DNA from: Octopus bimaculoides | Taxonomy: Eukaryota | NCBI RefSeq assembly: GCF_001194135.2 | Contig: NC_068987.1 | Coordinates: 90,315,470-90,379,469, forward strand | Length of the DNA: 64,000 bases | Direction of reading: 5' to 3' | Made by a program: the position numbers and the translations under genes | Notes under the pieces: generated by a model | Database searches by the model: none | What the model was told of the DNA's origin: nothing | Seen by the model: only the letters and a program-made list of their open reading frames with translations | In this document: positions 38,833 to 53,005 of the stretch, piece by piece | How the letters are laid out: each line of letters opens with the position of its first letter | Numbering within the stretch: the first letter of the stretch is position 1

Positions 38833-38959
38833 ATTGCTTTTCTCCAGATCTCATAACACAGCAGTTGAACAAACAGAACCAAAAGAGCAAGAACCAAGCT
38901 GAAATAAGTTCTAAGGTTGAAAACCCGACAACAGTCTAATAATTGGAAGCGGTAAAAAT
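38833..38959 (-). CDS. Candidate internal exon (127 nt, phase 1 to 2), hydrophobic
   Basis: Acceptor poly-T...TTTAAAG, donor AAT/GTAAGC. Open frame FYRFQLLDCCRVFNLRTYFSLVLALLVLFVQLLCYEIWRKA. A competing plus-strand parse exists. Confidence 0.3.
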
Positions 38960-39849
38960 CTTTAAAAAAAAAGAAAAAAGGAAGAAGAGGTCTTGAATAA
39001 CTGACAATGTTAATCACTAAAGTGTGAACTGAGTATTTCGCTAAGTATCTCTACATCCATAGTTTATTCTGATGAAGCTGCCTGTGAATAACCAACAATT
39101 AAAATAACTTCTAGTCATTATTTTTAGACCAGAATGTATAGTGTGATAATTAAAGTACTCGTCAAATAATGTGGTTAATTCTTTTTCCCTCCCGCTCTCA
39201 CACACTAAATCAGCAACACTGCACCAAGAGAAGAGTAATGAGGGACCACCCACAGACTTGTACAAGAGCTGACAGCCTTCTCTCATATAGAAAAAACTGA
39301 TAAGCTACATGGAACCCTGTTGTTTGGAAGCATGTTAAAGATGTTGGAACTGCAGTTTGTATCCTGGTGGGACAGTTGATGAGGTTATTGATGATATGCA
39401 TATGTTTACTTATTACATTGGGGCTTTTTTTTTTTTGGTTGCTTTTTTTTTAAGGCTTGCATTTTTAGTGTGTTATCTAAGTCCTGTTAAAGTTCAAGAG
39501 TAGATCCAGTTCTTTACACCATTCTCCAACAAGTTTACTGGACGGCGACAAGTTTACTGGACGTGCCAGGCACCATACTGATAACCTCAAGAGTCAAAAT
39601 GTACAGGAGCCATGAAAGAAGATATTATTGATAGACTGATGTGTGATTCAAAACAGTTCTGGTTGATGGTTACTCAGTGTGACCAGTGAGTGACCACTGA
39701 GTGACCACTGAGTGAGCAGATGCCACAATACATTGAAACAATTCAGCTTCTGAATATAAGACCAAAGCTGTCTGCACTAAAGATAGCAATAATAACAATA
39801 ACCATTGCCAGGAATGGAACCAGTAATGGCAAAGTAACTAGATTACAGA

Positions 39850-40150
39850 AGGCACGTGGTTTGGTGGTTAGAGTATTCAGCTTACAATCATAAGGGCATG
39901 AGTTCGATTCCCAGCAATGCATTGTGTCCTTGAGCAAGACACTTCATTTCATGTTGCTCCAGTCTACTCAACTGGCAAAAATGAGTTGTTCTTTTATTGT
40001 CACATTTTGTGTCATGCTGAATCTTCCTGAGAACTATGTTAAGAGTACATGTCTGTGGAGTACTCAGCCACTTGCACATTAATTTCATGAGCAGGCTGTT
40101 CCATTGGTCATATCAACAGGAACCCTTGTCCTTGTAACTGACGGAGTTCC
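39850..40150 (+). mobile_element. SINE family D
   Basis: GGCACGTGGTTTGGTGGTTAGAG...GAGTTCGATTCCC...TCCTTGAGCAAGACACTTCATTTC...GTAACTGACGGAGT. Confidence 0.7.
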
Positions 40151-41131
40151 AATCAGATTACAGAAGTTATTTAGGAAACTCCTAGGTGAGGCAGGACTGC
40201 TATTTTATTCACTCTCGTGTTTGTATATGGAAGATGTATGTTATACAGTACTGGAACACATTTGAGGGGAAATGTTGGGGGCCTATTCTATTCTTTTAGG
40301 TGCAAAATGTGAACTTGCAAGACAGGGTTAGGGTACAGAAGGAAGTTGACAAAGCTTAGGAATTAGAAAGACATTGTGCATAGTTGACCAGAAAGTTAAA
40401 ATAAATTGGTTACAATGATGTTAAGTAAAACATTCTATAGATAAAGGAAACCTAGAGCTGAAGACATCTCTTTTTATAACCTGTTCACCTTTAGAGTAGA
40501 GATTATTTGCCAACATAACATTACAGCAACATTCGTCCTAAACCAAGACTGTCGTGTTATCTTTATTCCAAAGTACTGTTGCTGGATATCTCTCATTGTG
40601 AAATTTACAAATAGTAATTTCAATTCACCTTTATAAACACACACACACACACACACACACATGCAGGTGTGGCTGTGTGATTAAGAAGCATGCTTCCCAA
40701 CCACATGGCTTCAGGCTCAGTCCCACTGTGTGGTGCATTGGGTGAGTGTCTTGTAGTAGAGCCCTGGGTTGATCAAAGCCTTAAGTGGATTTGGTAGATG
40801 GAAACTAAAAGAAGCTCATCACACACACACACACACACACAGAGTATGAGTGTTTGTCTCTTTTCTAAACATTCCATGATTGTTGTAAAGGAATATCATT
40901 CATCTCCAATATTGTGAAAATATGTCTAAGGGAAATGTTGCTCTACTTGGAAATAGGTGAGGGTTGGCAATAGGAAAGGCATCCAGCCATAGAAAATCTG
41001 CCTCAACATCTTCCATTGGACCCATGCAAGCATAGAAAAGTAGACATTAAACTGATGGTGTCACACACACACATACGAAGAGAATGTCCAAAGAAACTGC
41101 TGCTGTGGGTATTTATGCAACCAGTATTACA

Positions 41132-41164
<33 letters not shown>

Positions 41165-41165
41165 T

Positions 41166-41258
<93 letters not shown>

Positions 41259-43709
41259 TTCACCAATATTTAAAGCAAGGACAATTTCCAAGCTGATAAT
41301 TATTTTCTATTCTTACTTAGTTCTATAAATTTGAATGACTACAAAGAATAATTGTTGAAGCAGGTGATGTCTTACAGTTGAATTCTCTTTCTTTTCTTAC
41401 CACCGAGTTCTTAATTATCAGGCATCTAGCAAAACTAAAGCAAGATAATATAAAAGAAGAGGAAGACATTCTTGTAAAAAAGGAAAAAAAAAAAAGAGAA
41501 AAAACCCCACAATTCTTTGCAATGAAATAACCGAAAGCTACTGCAGGATCCAGATTAGGACATAGAAGAACACACATGGAATAAATATCTCAGAACCAAA
41601 AATCAAATCAATTGGTTGCCTTTCAGCTATTTTCGCTGTATATACGTGTGTGTGTGTGTGCGTATGTGTGTGTGTGTGTGCGTTTGCGCGCGCGCGTGCC
41701 AGCATGGAAAATGAACGTTAAATGATGACAATGATACATGCAGATATATATATATACACACACATTCATAAAAACATGTGTGTGTGCGTGGAGACTAATC
41801 GCTTATACACAAGAAAATTGAAGATTTGAGCTCATTCTAGAGTGAATGTATAAAAGTGAAATCTCCAGGTAGCTATGGTATTTACAAGACAGATACCCAG
41901 ATGCAAAGTTCCAATCAACCACAGGCACTGTGTATTTGGGTCATTCTACATAATTCTACATTACTTAAAATAGTTAAACCTGATCATCTCAGAATATTAC
42001 CTCCAGTAGACTATGGTATCTTATTCAGAAGGATATTAAATCTGATTCACAAAACACAATAAAGCAGGAGTTAAAAGCCATTACATTAAAACATTAATTA
42101 CTTTATTAATGCTTTAATGAGCATTAATGAGCCCTGAATCCAAGTCTATTTGACTCTTCTACTGACTCTGCAACCAAAACAGATACAAAAAGCAACAGGA
42201 CAGTAAAATAAAAGCTAAGTAGCCAGACTGTCACAGTGTGCACCATGATAAACCACTGTATGTGTCCTTAACCAGGAAATGGCCATGTGTCCTTAACCAT
42301 GAGTTTTATGGATATGGAGTTATTTCCCTTGCTGGACATAGTTAACAACACATTACCAGAACTGGGAGAGGATATAAACAGTGGTTTCCTGAAATGCAAT
42401 GGGGAGGAGTCTGCCATGAGGTTCCCCAGGGTGCAGCAAAACTTGAACATTAATATGTGACATTCAGCCTGGTGCAGCCGTCTGGCTCTCCAGTCCCCAG
42501 TCAAACCGTCAAACCCATGCCAGCATGGAAAGAGGACGTTAAATGATGATGATTGATGATGATGATGATTGATGATGATGATGATTGAGGTGTCGCTTCT
42601 AGGGATGACATTACCTGGATAACAGTCTAGTTGGTCATTACTCTTTCACATGATCCCATTCCTACCAGCTATGAAGATATTCCAAACCAGTACATCGAAA
42701 GCTCAAGGGAGCCCGTTGTTGTTCAACGGACTACTTACAAGCCACAAGTTCACCTAATCAAGAACAAACCAACAAAAAAAAAAAAAAAAAAAAACTAGGC
42801 TGTTATTAAGAACCTCTTTGGATGACATTCTTATCATTCTGGTGTAAATTGGCAATGAAATAGTTGAAAATTAAATGGATAACAGGCAAGTATAGCATAT
42901 ACATACTACTTTGCAATGGAGTCATTAAAATTTTATGGCCTGGATTGTCAATAACAGAGCATGAATTTGATATGTGTATATATTCTAAAAAAGCACACAT
43001 AGCTTTAAACATGACTCAAATATCAAAAGGCATGAACTAGCTGTGATGTAAATTTAATATAAAGTACTTTCTTCAAAACCAGTGAATCAAGTTTTTGAAT
43101 GAACATTCTCTTTTTATTAGGCAATAGGAACCTGACAACCTCGTCTACCTCGTCTCAACAACACTGACATTTGGTGCAGATTACATGCAAACACAATGCA
43201 CCCAGTTTATTCATCAAAACAGCTAAAATCTTCATACTCACACAATTACTAATAACGAAGAGCCTTTCGTGTTGATCACACAATTCTGATATAGCAAAGA
43301 GAAGTCAATGAGCAAGCCTCTACATGATCATTCAATCTACTAGAAATAGCAGCTAACTCTTTTTCAAACCACAGCCTTTGCATAATACATGACTTTTGGC
43401 AAAAAAAAAGACAAGATAATCATGGATTCTATACCTTTGATCATGGCTTTGACAAAGGTTGTTATTTAACCCCAGGACAGCAATAAGAAAGCAAACGTGC
43501 ATCATAAAAGGTTTTCTTTTCAAAACTAGAAAATTGTTTAGATCTGATAATGACCTTCTACACGGTATCAGTGCACTCCACATTAGAGTAGTGCTCACAT
43601 GACAAGCAATCCATCACTTGCCAACAAGCTGCAATTGCTAGCCTGTGGATGTTGTACTTTATACAACTCTTCCAGTTTATATAGCTGTATAAGAGTGTAC
43701 CATCCGAAC

Positions 43710-44071
43710 CAGTGATTCCCAATGAAATTTTACCTATGGACCCCTTTGATTACTATTTTACTCAGATGGACCCCCCAACCCCAAAGCCATTTGATGTATC
43801 TTTTATAGATATTTCTTTCAAAATTATTATCTTGTTTTTCACACATTCACCTGGTATAGATTTTCAGAACATTCTCTGAAAGAACAGGTTTTAGTGGCTG
43901 GAAACGTGTTAAACTACATAAAACATTAGAGAAAGAAACCTGGTTGTTTCTCACAATAAAATACAATTGGATCCCTAAAAATGATGTAGATCCCCAATTT
44001 ACTGTTTTGTTTGCACCACTACCACCACCACAAAGAAAAAATTATATGAACTCCCTGTTTGAGAACCACTG
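43710..44071. mobile_element. hAT-type MITE
   Basis: TIRs CAGTGATTCCCAA / TTGAGAACCACTG. The 8-bp flanks ATCCGAAC and ATCTAAAC differ only at a CpG (decayed TSD). Confidence 0.7.
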
Positions 44072-46349
44072 ATCTAAACCAACCTCGCTTCCTCCCACCA
44101 TTCGTATTGTAACCCCACAGACTTTATATGAAATTATTTCCTCTTCAGGACTAATATTTTCAGGAACTCTGGTGCCTCTTGCTATATACAAATTCATTGA
44201 AACACATCATTGTCATTTAGCTCCCATTTTCAATGCTGGCATGAGTTGGACAGTTTCACAGGATCCAGAGAACAGCAGGACTGCAGCAAGCCCCAGTGTC
44301 AGCTTTGCCAAGGTTTCTATGGCTGGATGTCCTTCCTAACTCCAGCTGGGTGCTCCGCTCTTCTCACACTGGTGAAGCTGCCAAGCAACTTGCAAGAAAG
44401 GTAAGAGAAAAGAAGCCTACCTCAATTAAGTGGGGTGGGGCAGTATTTGAGGTGGGTTAGGGTTTATCCACATGTTGTGAGATTAAAGTAGAATAGAGGA
44501 ACGAGCAGAGGTGTCTTGCTGTAGAGAAGCTACATAACTACCCCACGTTTTAACAGGCCAGGTGGGTGTAGCTGGGAAGAAGATAAGACAGTAATGATGG
44601 GGTACCAGAGTAAACCCTCAATATAGAAGAAGGTGAATATGAGAGAGATGAACAGTGGATCAAGGGTAGTTTCATAAGGGTTTGAGCGGAGACCCAAGAG
44701 ATGGGGGTAGTGGTGAATGTAGCAAGTGATGAACAATCTAGTATTTAGTTCTTCCCTTCTGAGTTCAAATCCAACCAGTGTCAGCCTTGCTTTTATTCTT
44801 TCAAACTATAGTACCAGTCTACTCCTGGGGATCATTTAAATTATTGTAATAACCTCCCCCAAAAATTTGTGCCATTGTTTGGAATCAATATAGAATGAAA
44901 AGGAAAAAATAATTCAATATCTTGGCTAAAACAGTCTGAATAATAAACTGAAAATTTTCAAATTTTAAATAAATTTGTTCTTTTTTTTTTTTCCTAATTT
45001 TTACTTGTTAAGCGATTTTCATTATTTTCCTTTACTTACATGATAACGTTTCACATAAACAAGAATTTACATCTGAATACTTAGAAAGAGAGTGGGGGGC
45101 ACTATTTTCTTAACACCAAACAGAAGCCATAGTTGATTTTTTTTTTTATAACACCTTTCAAAATAAACAACTTTAAAGAGAAGGAAAAAAACCTCTTTGC
45201 TGCATCCGAAAGAAATGGTTGTTTACAAAAATCTACCAAGTCAAGTTTAATCTGAAAATGCTAAATTCACCTTTAATACATAAACATTTATGAAAATAAT
45301 TTTCAAAGTGGTACCTAGAACAGCTATAGAAGACCATCATCAACAACAGTTTGTTCAAGACAACTACATGTCCATTGCACCAGAGTATAACTGGCTGAGT
45401 ATTCCATAAATACTCCTTAGTATAGTCCTCAGAGTGTGACAAAGTCAAGCCTTTTGAATTTCATGTTCTGTCCATTTAATGGGCTTCCATTTAGTTTCCT
45501 GTAACTCAATTTCTTTAAAAAAAAAGGTTGTGTTAATCCAAGGATATGGCAGAAAGCAAATGCTAAAGGTTCCATACAAGTAAATTGAAACTAGTGCCTT
45601 AAGATTGCAAAGCCATCTTTGCAGCCATTTAACCAAACCAAACCAAACCAAACCATCTGGCCACACAATCTGGAAATAGCAACCAAAATTTCCCACAAAC
45701 TACTTCCCACCATGTTAGGAAAAGACAATTTTGATGATTTCGTCCTGAGTATAATGTACCTGTATATGTTGTGTAGAAACAACCTGATTAAATACAGCCA
45801 TGCTTTGGTATCCATAGCAGCAGGTCAGTTGTCTCCTTCAAAAGTTACCTCAATTAATGCAGGACCAAGATGGATGGTGTATGCGGGTTAAAAATGTCTG
45901 AGCAAGCTCAATCAGATGATGATGATGACATTGTACCTAGGGCAGCGAGCTGGCAGAATCGTTAGCATGCCGGGCAAAATGCTTAGCAATATTTTGTCTA
46001 GCATTACATTCTGAGTTCAAACTCCACCGAGGCCGACTTTGCCTTTCATCCTTTCGGGGTTGACTAAATAAGTACCAGTTACATAGCCTATTAGGATGCT
46101 GGGTTCCCAAGATTATAGTTTCAGTTCCTGGATCAAACAATGAAGTGTGTCATTGAGCAAGGCACTTCACTCTATATTGCTCTGCTCAACTCAGCTGAAA
46201 AGGAGTAACAGCTTAGGGCAGTGCAATCCCCTCTCTCTCCAGCTACCACATTCTCATTCTTTTTTGTTGGGCCAAGGATGGGGTGGGGCTAAATATGGGA
46301 GTGTATGTATGTATGCATGTATGTATGTATGCATGTATGTATGTGTATA

Positions 46350-46411
<62 letters not shown>

Positions 46412-47627
46412 CACATGCATACATGCATACATACATACATACATACATACATACACACTTATGCATATACCTACACACACATATATCTGCTAGCATCTAG
46501 ACTGGCAACTACAACAATTAGCAGAAGCATGATACATTGATCTGCAGATTCTCCATGTTCTGAAGATTCTAAAAATATACAAGTTTGCTAATCTCTAAAA
46601 CTTTTGAACAAAATTCTATTTATTACCATAGCGAACCTGACTAACAGTTGATATGGCGCTATCAGTGAAGTCCCATGACACTTGTTTACAAAGCAGTGAA
46701 AACTTGTAAAATGCAGGCTTGGTATATTTTATACGTTACCCTATTTTGACAGTGCCCAGTGTAAACAAAAATCATGCAGCCATTAAGAAAATGGGGAAAA
46801 TATCATAATGTCATGATTTTAACAGAAAATTTGCTAAAAAGCAAAAAAGAAACAGAAAAAAAAAAAAAACTATGTATTTATAATCCTGCTACTACTTATA
46901 ATCATCAGGCATAAAATATTGTATTCTATTCAATGTTTTGAAACAAGTGTACTAAAAGCAAGTATGTTTACTGGCTGAGAGTAAGATATGAAAGTTATGT
47001 TGTCTAGAATTAACCATGAACACACTTTATCAATTTTGCATCAAAACATCTCTAAATATAAAAGAGATGTAACTAAATACTCCAAGACATTTTGTCTGGT
47101 GCCTTGCCTTACCAAATCTACCACTTTATCTCCATAATTATAGTTTCGAAAAATTTGAAGAGTCAAACTAAAATATATGTAATTTGATTTAATAGTTACG
47201 TTTATTCCCCTCTCGCAACCTATTTATTTGGTATTTTCATATAAAATATAATGCTCTGACAAAGGGTTCTGACAAGAAATTTACATTATTCACAGTATGA
47301 CTGCGTACTTAGAAGCTCACCTTGCAACCACATGGTTTCAGGTTCAGTCCCACTGCTTGGCACCAGGGCCGTGGAGTCAGAAACAATTACGGGGTAGCTG
47401 GAGTAGAAGTCTGAGTCGGTAAAATAGACCACAATCACTTAATTATATTGTGTATAGATATATACACAACAGGCTTCTTTCAGTTTCCATCTACCAAATC
47501 CACTCACAAGGCTTTGGTTGGTCCGAGGCTATAGTAGAGGACACTTGCCCAAGGTGTCACACAGTAGGATTGAACCTGGAACCATGTGGTTGGGAAGCAA
47601 GCTTCTTACCACACAGCCACCCCTGCG

Positions 47628-47678
<51 letters not shown>

Positions 47679-49312
47679 CTTTATTATGCATACACATTTA
47701 AGTAGGTGTAAGTAGGTGCTTGTGTGCACACATAAAGCTTACATGTATTGAGAGAGAAAGACAGACAGGGACCCAACTCTCTCCAACAGTGCATCAAATA
47801 TAAACAAAGAAGAGATATCTCAAATCAATAAGTGTGTTTGTATTATTAGACAAAGTAGGTGAATCAACTCTCAGCCATTACTAATATTCTATACGAGACA
47901 AAAAGCTAAAAAGCTTCATTGCAGACAAAAAAAAATGCTAACTAAAACAATGAAAGGAAGAGAAAGAGAGAGAAGGGGGTAGAGACAGAGAGAGGGGAGA
48001 GAGAGAGAGAGAGAGAGAGAGAAAGTGTGTGGGTGCTGATGATAGCATCCACAAACTAAATTATAATTTACAAGAAACAGCAAGATAGAAATAATTGCTC
48101 TTTTTGAAAAAGTCTGGTGTCAATGTCAGTTCTAGAAGAACTGACCATTTAAGATATCCACATTTATGGAGAAAAAAAAACTAATTGACCACTTATAACT
48201 AGAATGTGTTGTTTTTATTTTTGTGCTTCTCACTATTCTATATGAATTTCCACATAATTGCATTGATGGTGGCAATTTTCTTCTTTACAGCAAACTGTTT
48301 TTGAGGCAACTAACCAAAAGATCAACAATTTGTATATTCTCATTTGTATTGCTTTGTATCTGGTCAGAACACTTAACTCTTAAAAAGCCCAATCCTAGCA
48401 GGCTGTAATCAGAGGAGGAAATCATTGTTCGAAGCAACACTGCAAATCGCATTTTGAAAAGGTTTTGTAGATATTCTTTTCTACTCTAGGCACAAGGCCC
48501 CAAATTTGTGGGGAGGGGCACCAGTCAATTACATCGACCCAGTACGCAACTGGTACTTAATTTATCAATCCCAAAAGGATGAAAGGCAAAGTTGACCTCG
48601 GTGGAATTTGAACATAGAATGTAAAGACAGACGAAATACCGTTAAGCATTTCACCCGGCGTGCTAACGTTTCTGCCAGCTCGCTGCCTCGTAGATTTAAT
48701 CGTGCTAGATTACATCAACCAATGTTGTCTTCTGCTTTTTCTTTTGAGGATATTGGTGTGTGATTTAAGCTGCTATTTCTAACAGATCTAACAACCATAT
48801 ATAGGCTCCTTCATTGGCTCAATATTCTGTTGAATCAGCCAATATGGAACTCTTGTATTACGCAAAGAGCAGAAAACTAGCAGGACAGGAAAGACAACAG
48901 ATGAACAACTCATCATCAGGACGGTACTGTTTCAATTCCTATGACTGACAGGGTCAGTTACCTGATTTTCAGGGTGTATAAGGGACCACGATCACAAAAT
49001 TCCATCCGAACAGGGTGCCAGTCCATCCCAGGGTTACTCATTTACAGCTGAGTGCACTGAGCCAACACGAAATGAAGTGTTTTGCCCAAGAACACAACAC
49101 ACCACCCAGTCCAGGAATTGAAACCATGGTCTTGTGATCATGAGTGCAACACCCTAACCACAAAGCCATGTGCCATCAGGACAACTCCGCTGACTGAAAG
49201 GTCATATTTGATATAAGCATTTCATAGTATCGGAGAAGCACAATTCCATATAAACCAGCTCACCTGGCTGAATGGAGTAAGCAATGTATTTTCTTCTGTT
49301 ACCTGTAATAGG

Positions 49313-49640
49313 CACATGTATGGCCGAGTGGTAACAAGTTGGTTTCCCAACCACATGGTTTTGGGTTCAGTTTCCCTGTATGGCACCTTAAGCAAGTGTC
49401 TTCTACAACAGCCTCGGATCAACCAAAGCATTCCAAGTGGATTTGGTAGATGGAAACTGAGAGAAGCCCATCATATATGTGCATGTCCCACCACTGCTTT
49501 GCCAACTGGTGTTGGTGTGTTTACACCCCTGTAACTTAGCAGTTCAGCAAAAGAGACCGATAGAATAAGTACCAGGCTTTAAAATGTACTGGGGTCTATT
49601 CATGGCGCTGCCCCAGCATGGTCACATTCTAACCATTAAA
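49313..49640 (+). mobile_element. SINE family A
   Basis: Head TGGCCGAGTGGTAACAAG...GGGTTCAGTTTCCC...GGATTTGGTAGATGGAAACTGA...GCCCCAGCATGGTCACA. Further copies at about 40660-40840 (+), 47465-47630 (-), 53833-54100 (+) and 56424-56795 (+). Confidence 0.8.
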
Positions 49641-51125
49641 AGATTAAAGGTAATAGACTGGTTTCTTATTCAGAAAGGAAGATTATCTCATCTGCTTCAG
49701 GTCATGGAATTAAAGTTAACTGTACCATCGTTAGGAATAAATTGAAATCTCTAAGACTTAAATTATTTGATGTCTGTTTTCCATGCTGGATTGATCAGGC
49801 ATGGATTGTAAATCAAATATTAAATTTTCACATTGAACTGCCAGTTCCATAAGGAGTTTAATGATATTATAAGCTGGTTAATTTTAACCCTTTATACTAA
49901 TCCATTTGAAATTATGCTCGATTGTATTATACAAGACAACTACTTTTTTTTTAAATGTACATATTAAAATGGAAGCATCTCAGCAGAATTATATGGAAGA
50001 GATTATTTTGTTAAATTATATTCTGTATATAATTTAATAAGCTTGATAATGTGAAAGCACATGGCCTAGTGGTTACGGTGTTGCACTCACAATCTAGTGA
50101 TCATATGTTCAATTCTTGGACAGAGCAGCACATTGTGTTCTTGGGCAAAACACTTCATTCCACACCGATTCAATCCACTCAGCTGCCAAACGGGTGAACC
50201 CTGTGATGGACTAACCTTCTGATTGGGGGGGGGGGGGACATTGGCCAGCTCAACTAGCCAGTGAGGTGGCATCACTCAAAAGCTAAAAAATGATGCAAAG
50301 CGCATTGTGACCAGCGATGTATAACGACATCTGATAGGCTGGTCGATCATGTGATACCAGCTTGATAATGCTAAAGTTAGTTCTATCATAAAATTTCTCC
50401 AAATGCAGGAGTATTTTCATAATTTAAAGGAAGGACATAGCCAATATAATTCCTGGTCACAAAAACATCAAGCTAACCCCGTCATGGAGGTGGGAGTTTA
50501 TTCCGAGTTAATATGTCGAAACAAGATAAATCTGTTTTGTATAATGCATCACTATGTTTTAAAACTATTGCCTAATATACAAATAACTCACACAAGTTAG
50601 AGCTATTTGCCAAACGTGCTAATGAATAAATTTATTTTGCTAAGTATTTTGTATGTGAATATTTTATTCCATCCAATTATTTTTATAATTGTTCACTGAA
50701 ACGAGGAAAAAAAAAAAAAAAAAGAAAATTGTAGACAAATTGCACTTATTCTTGTTTTTTTCTTCCTCTAACTTTGAAAATTCTCATTTAACAGAAAAAG
50801 TATATTAAATTTCAAATTCAATGTGGAGGAAACTGCTAAACATAATTGGAATTGCTGAGCTTGTGAAAAATTTGGAAATTTGGGGCTAAAAAATTATAGT
50901 GCATAAATTGATTTTGAAATTAAAATAATAAAAAAGATAATGTAAAAATAACTTTTTTTATGAGATAAAAATAACACGTTATTTAAAAACAAAAAGTTTT
51001 TTTAACAAGAAGTTTAGGAAGAACAGAAAATGTCAAGTTTTTTTTTTTATTTACTAGATTAATCCAATGAAAATTAGATTTCCTTTTTCAGAAGTTTTAA
51101 TATGGTGAGTATGGGTGTAAGTACA

Positions 51126-51179
<54 letters not shown>

Positions 51180-51259
51180 TATATAAGAGGGAAAGAGGTC
51201 GCTATCATAATTTTACATCCATTTTTCCTAATCTAGAATGGTTTAGATAAGTCTGCTCC

Positions 51260-51570
51260 AGTATCTTGCCACTTGTTGCAGATCATGTTGTTCATGAGGT
51301 CCAAGTTCCTCAAATAAGACCCCACCATTTCTTCCATTTTTACGCGTTCCTTTCACTTGGATAGTACATTTGCATGACATATCCGAACCAATGCAGTCTT
51401 CCCTTTCGCAAATGGCTGATTCCTAATGCTTTGCTTTCTATCACAGATTATACATTCAGCAAAGCATATTAACCTCATCTGTTTCCCACTTTCACATGGC
51501 TTCTGTATTCACAGCCCAGATCTTGCTACCATGCAACATTACACTTCATGCCCAAGTATCATACAACCTG
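51260..51570 (-). mobile_element. Decayed RTE LINE ORF remnant
   Basis: Minus frames give SVMLHGSKIWAV...GRLHWFGYVMQM...VKGTRKNGRK, paralleling the RTE C-terminus at 8132-8501 but with many stops. Confidence 0.7.
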
Positions 51571-52353
51571 CCATTCAGATCCTAAAAGTCTGATGTTCGG
51601 GATATAAAGATCCAAAGGTTGTGTTTTTAAAAACTTTAAGTGACAAAAATAAGGTATTTTGGAAAAAATAAAAATAAAAAAATGCTTTTCTCAAGCAGTT
51701 ATTCTACTGTGATAACAATGGTAGTGCCCCAGCATGGCCACAGCCTTTGAGCTGGAACACAAAGGAATAAGGGAACACAGTAAAATTGAGTTTATATAAC
51801 ATTATCAAAACCTAATTCATTTGCTGGAAAAAAAAAAGTGTGAACTTTACTGGTGTTGACAGTAAGAGTGCATCTGCTGTGTAAAGTTTAAAGGTCACAA
51901 GAATACAATTATTTATTTGAATGTTTTCAAAAGAGAAATGTATGAATGGAGATGTACATCTGTCCCGTGACAAGATCAAAAGACCAAATATATAATAGAA
52001 GGTATAAAGGAATAGAACACAGAGATTCCAGTGTTTAAAACTTAAAAATCCAAAGATCATTTTGAAAGAAAGAAAACAAGTTATGGGGTGGGGGGTACAT
52101 GACTCATCAATTTTGAAGGATTCACCTCTTCGTTTCAGGAAGATAAGATAGATTTTTTTAATATATTTTGTTATTGCTGGTTACATTTTTAACAACATTG
52201 CTTTTCCCTAAAGGACGAGTTGATACGTATTACACACAAAATATACTTTCTCCAGTTTGGTGGCTGCAAACTTGTGTTCAAGTATTGTCATTGCCTGATC
52301 AAAGTCCAACACATGTAAAGGCTACAACCAACCATTTTTGTGATGGGACTTAC

Positions 52354-52432
52354 TTTTTTTCTCAAGTGATGCCTGTGCATGATGGTTTTTTTTATAGTGG
52401 GAAAAGGATTTGCACAAATCCAATCCCACTCT
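52354..52432 (-). CDS. Candidate internal exon (79 nt)
   Basis: Acceptor GTTTGTTGTCCATATTCAG, donor AAA/GTAAGT. Two frames are open: RVGLDLCKSFSHYKKNHHAQASLEKK or EWDWICANPFPTIKKTIMHRHHLRKK. Confidence 0.35.
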
Positions 52433-52958
52433 CTGAATATGGACAACAAACTCGAAAAGAAGAACTAGTCTACATCATCAAATATCATTAGTGTCATAAG
52501 TTTTTCTCTCAGAGTTTCCCTCTCTAGAGAGATGTTGTTACAACAGAAGGGGCCTCCCATTCCCAGTGGGCCAACATGTACATATATAGTTGGATGGCCA
52601 TTGACTGCTCATGAGCTCTTCCGCCCTTTGGCAGGTCTTATTTTTCATCCTGCAGGGTGTCCAACAATCACCCTCCTCACCAAACAAACTTGATGGGGTT
52701 GCCAGTTTAGTAACCCAGCACCCAAGAGCAATCTGACATATATGTCACACACTGATGACAGGTCAATACCCAGAAACCCCGGTTCATGTGTATCATGTTA
52801 GGCTGGAGATGGGAAGGATGGCTTCCCTTTGTAAATACTGATCGGGCACAGAAAGTGTGTCAATAGCCAGCTGGAGGAGATGTCTTCCTGGGGCTACAAG
52901 CCACAGTAGTATCAACCCTTAATGGTTAGCCACATTTAGGTGGAAAATATACTTCACG

Positions 52959-53005
<47 letters not shown>

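Noticed and set aside
38848-38915. Plus-strand exon parse (LITQQLNKQNQKSKNQAEISSK)
   Set aside because: Good acceptor but weak donor (GTTGAA) and no consistent plus-strand exon series; cannot be fully excluded.
52168-52491. 107-aa plus-strand ORF in unique sequence
   Set aside because: No recognisable motif and a non-ATG start; a minus-strand exon parse with stronger splice sites overlaps it.
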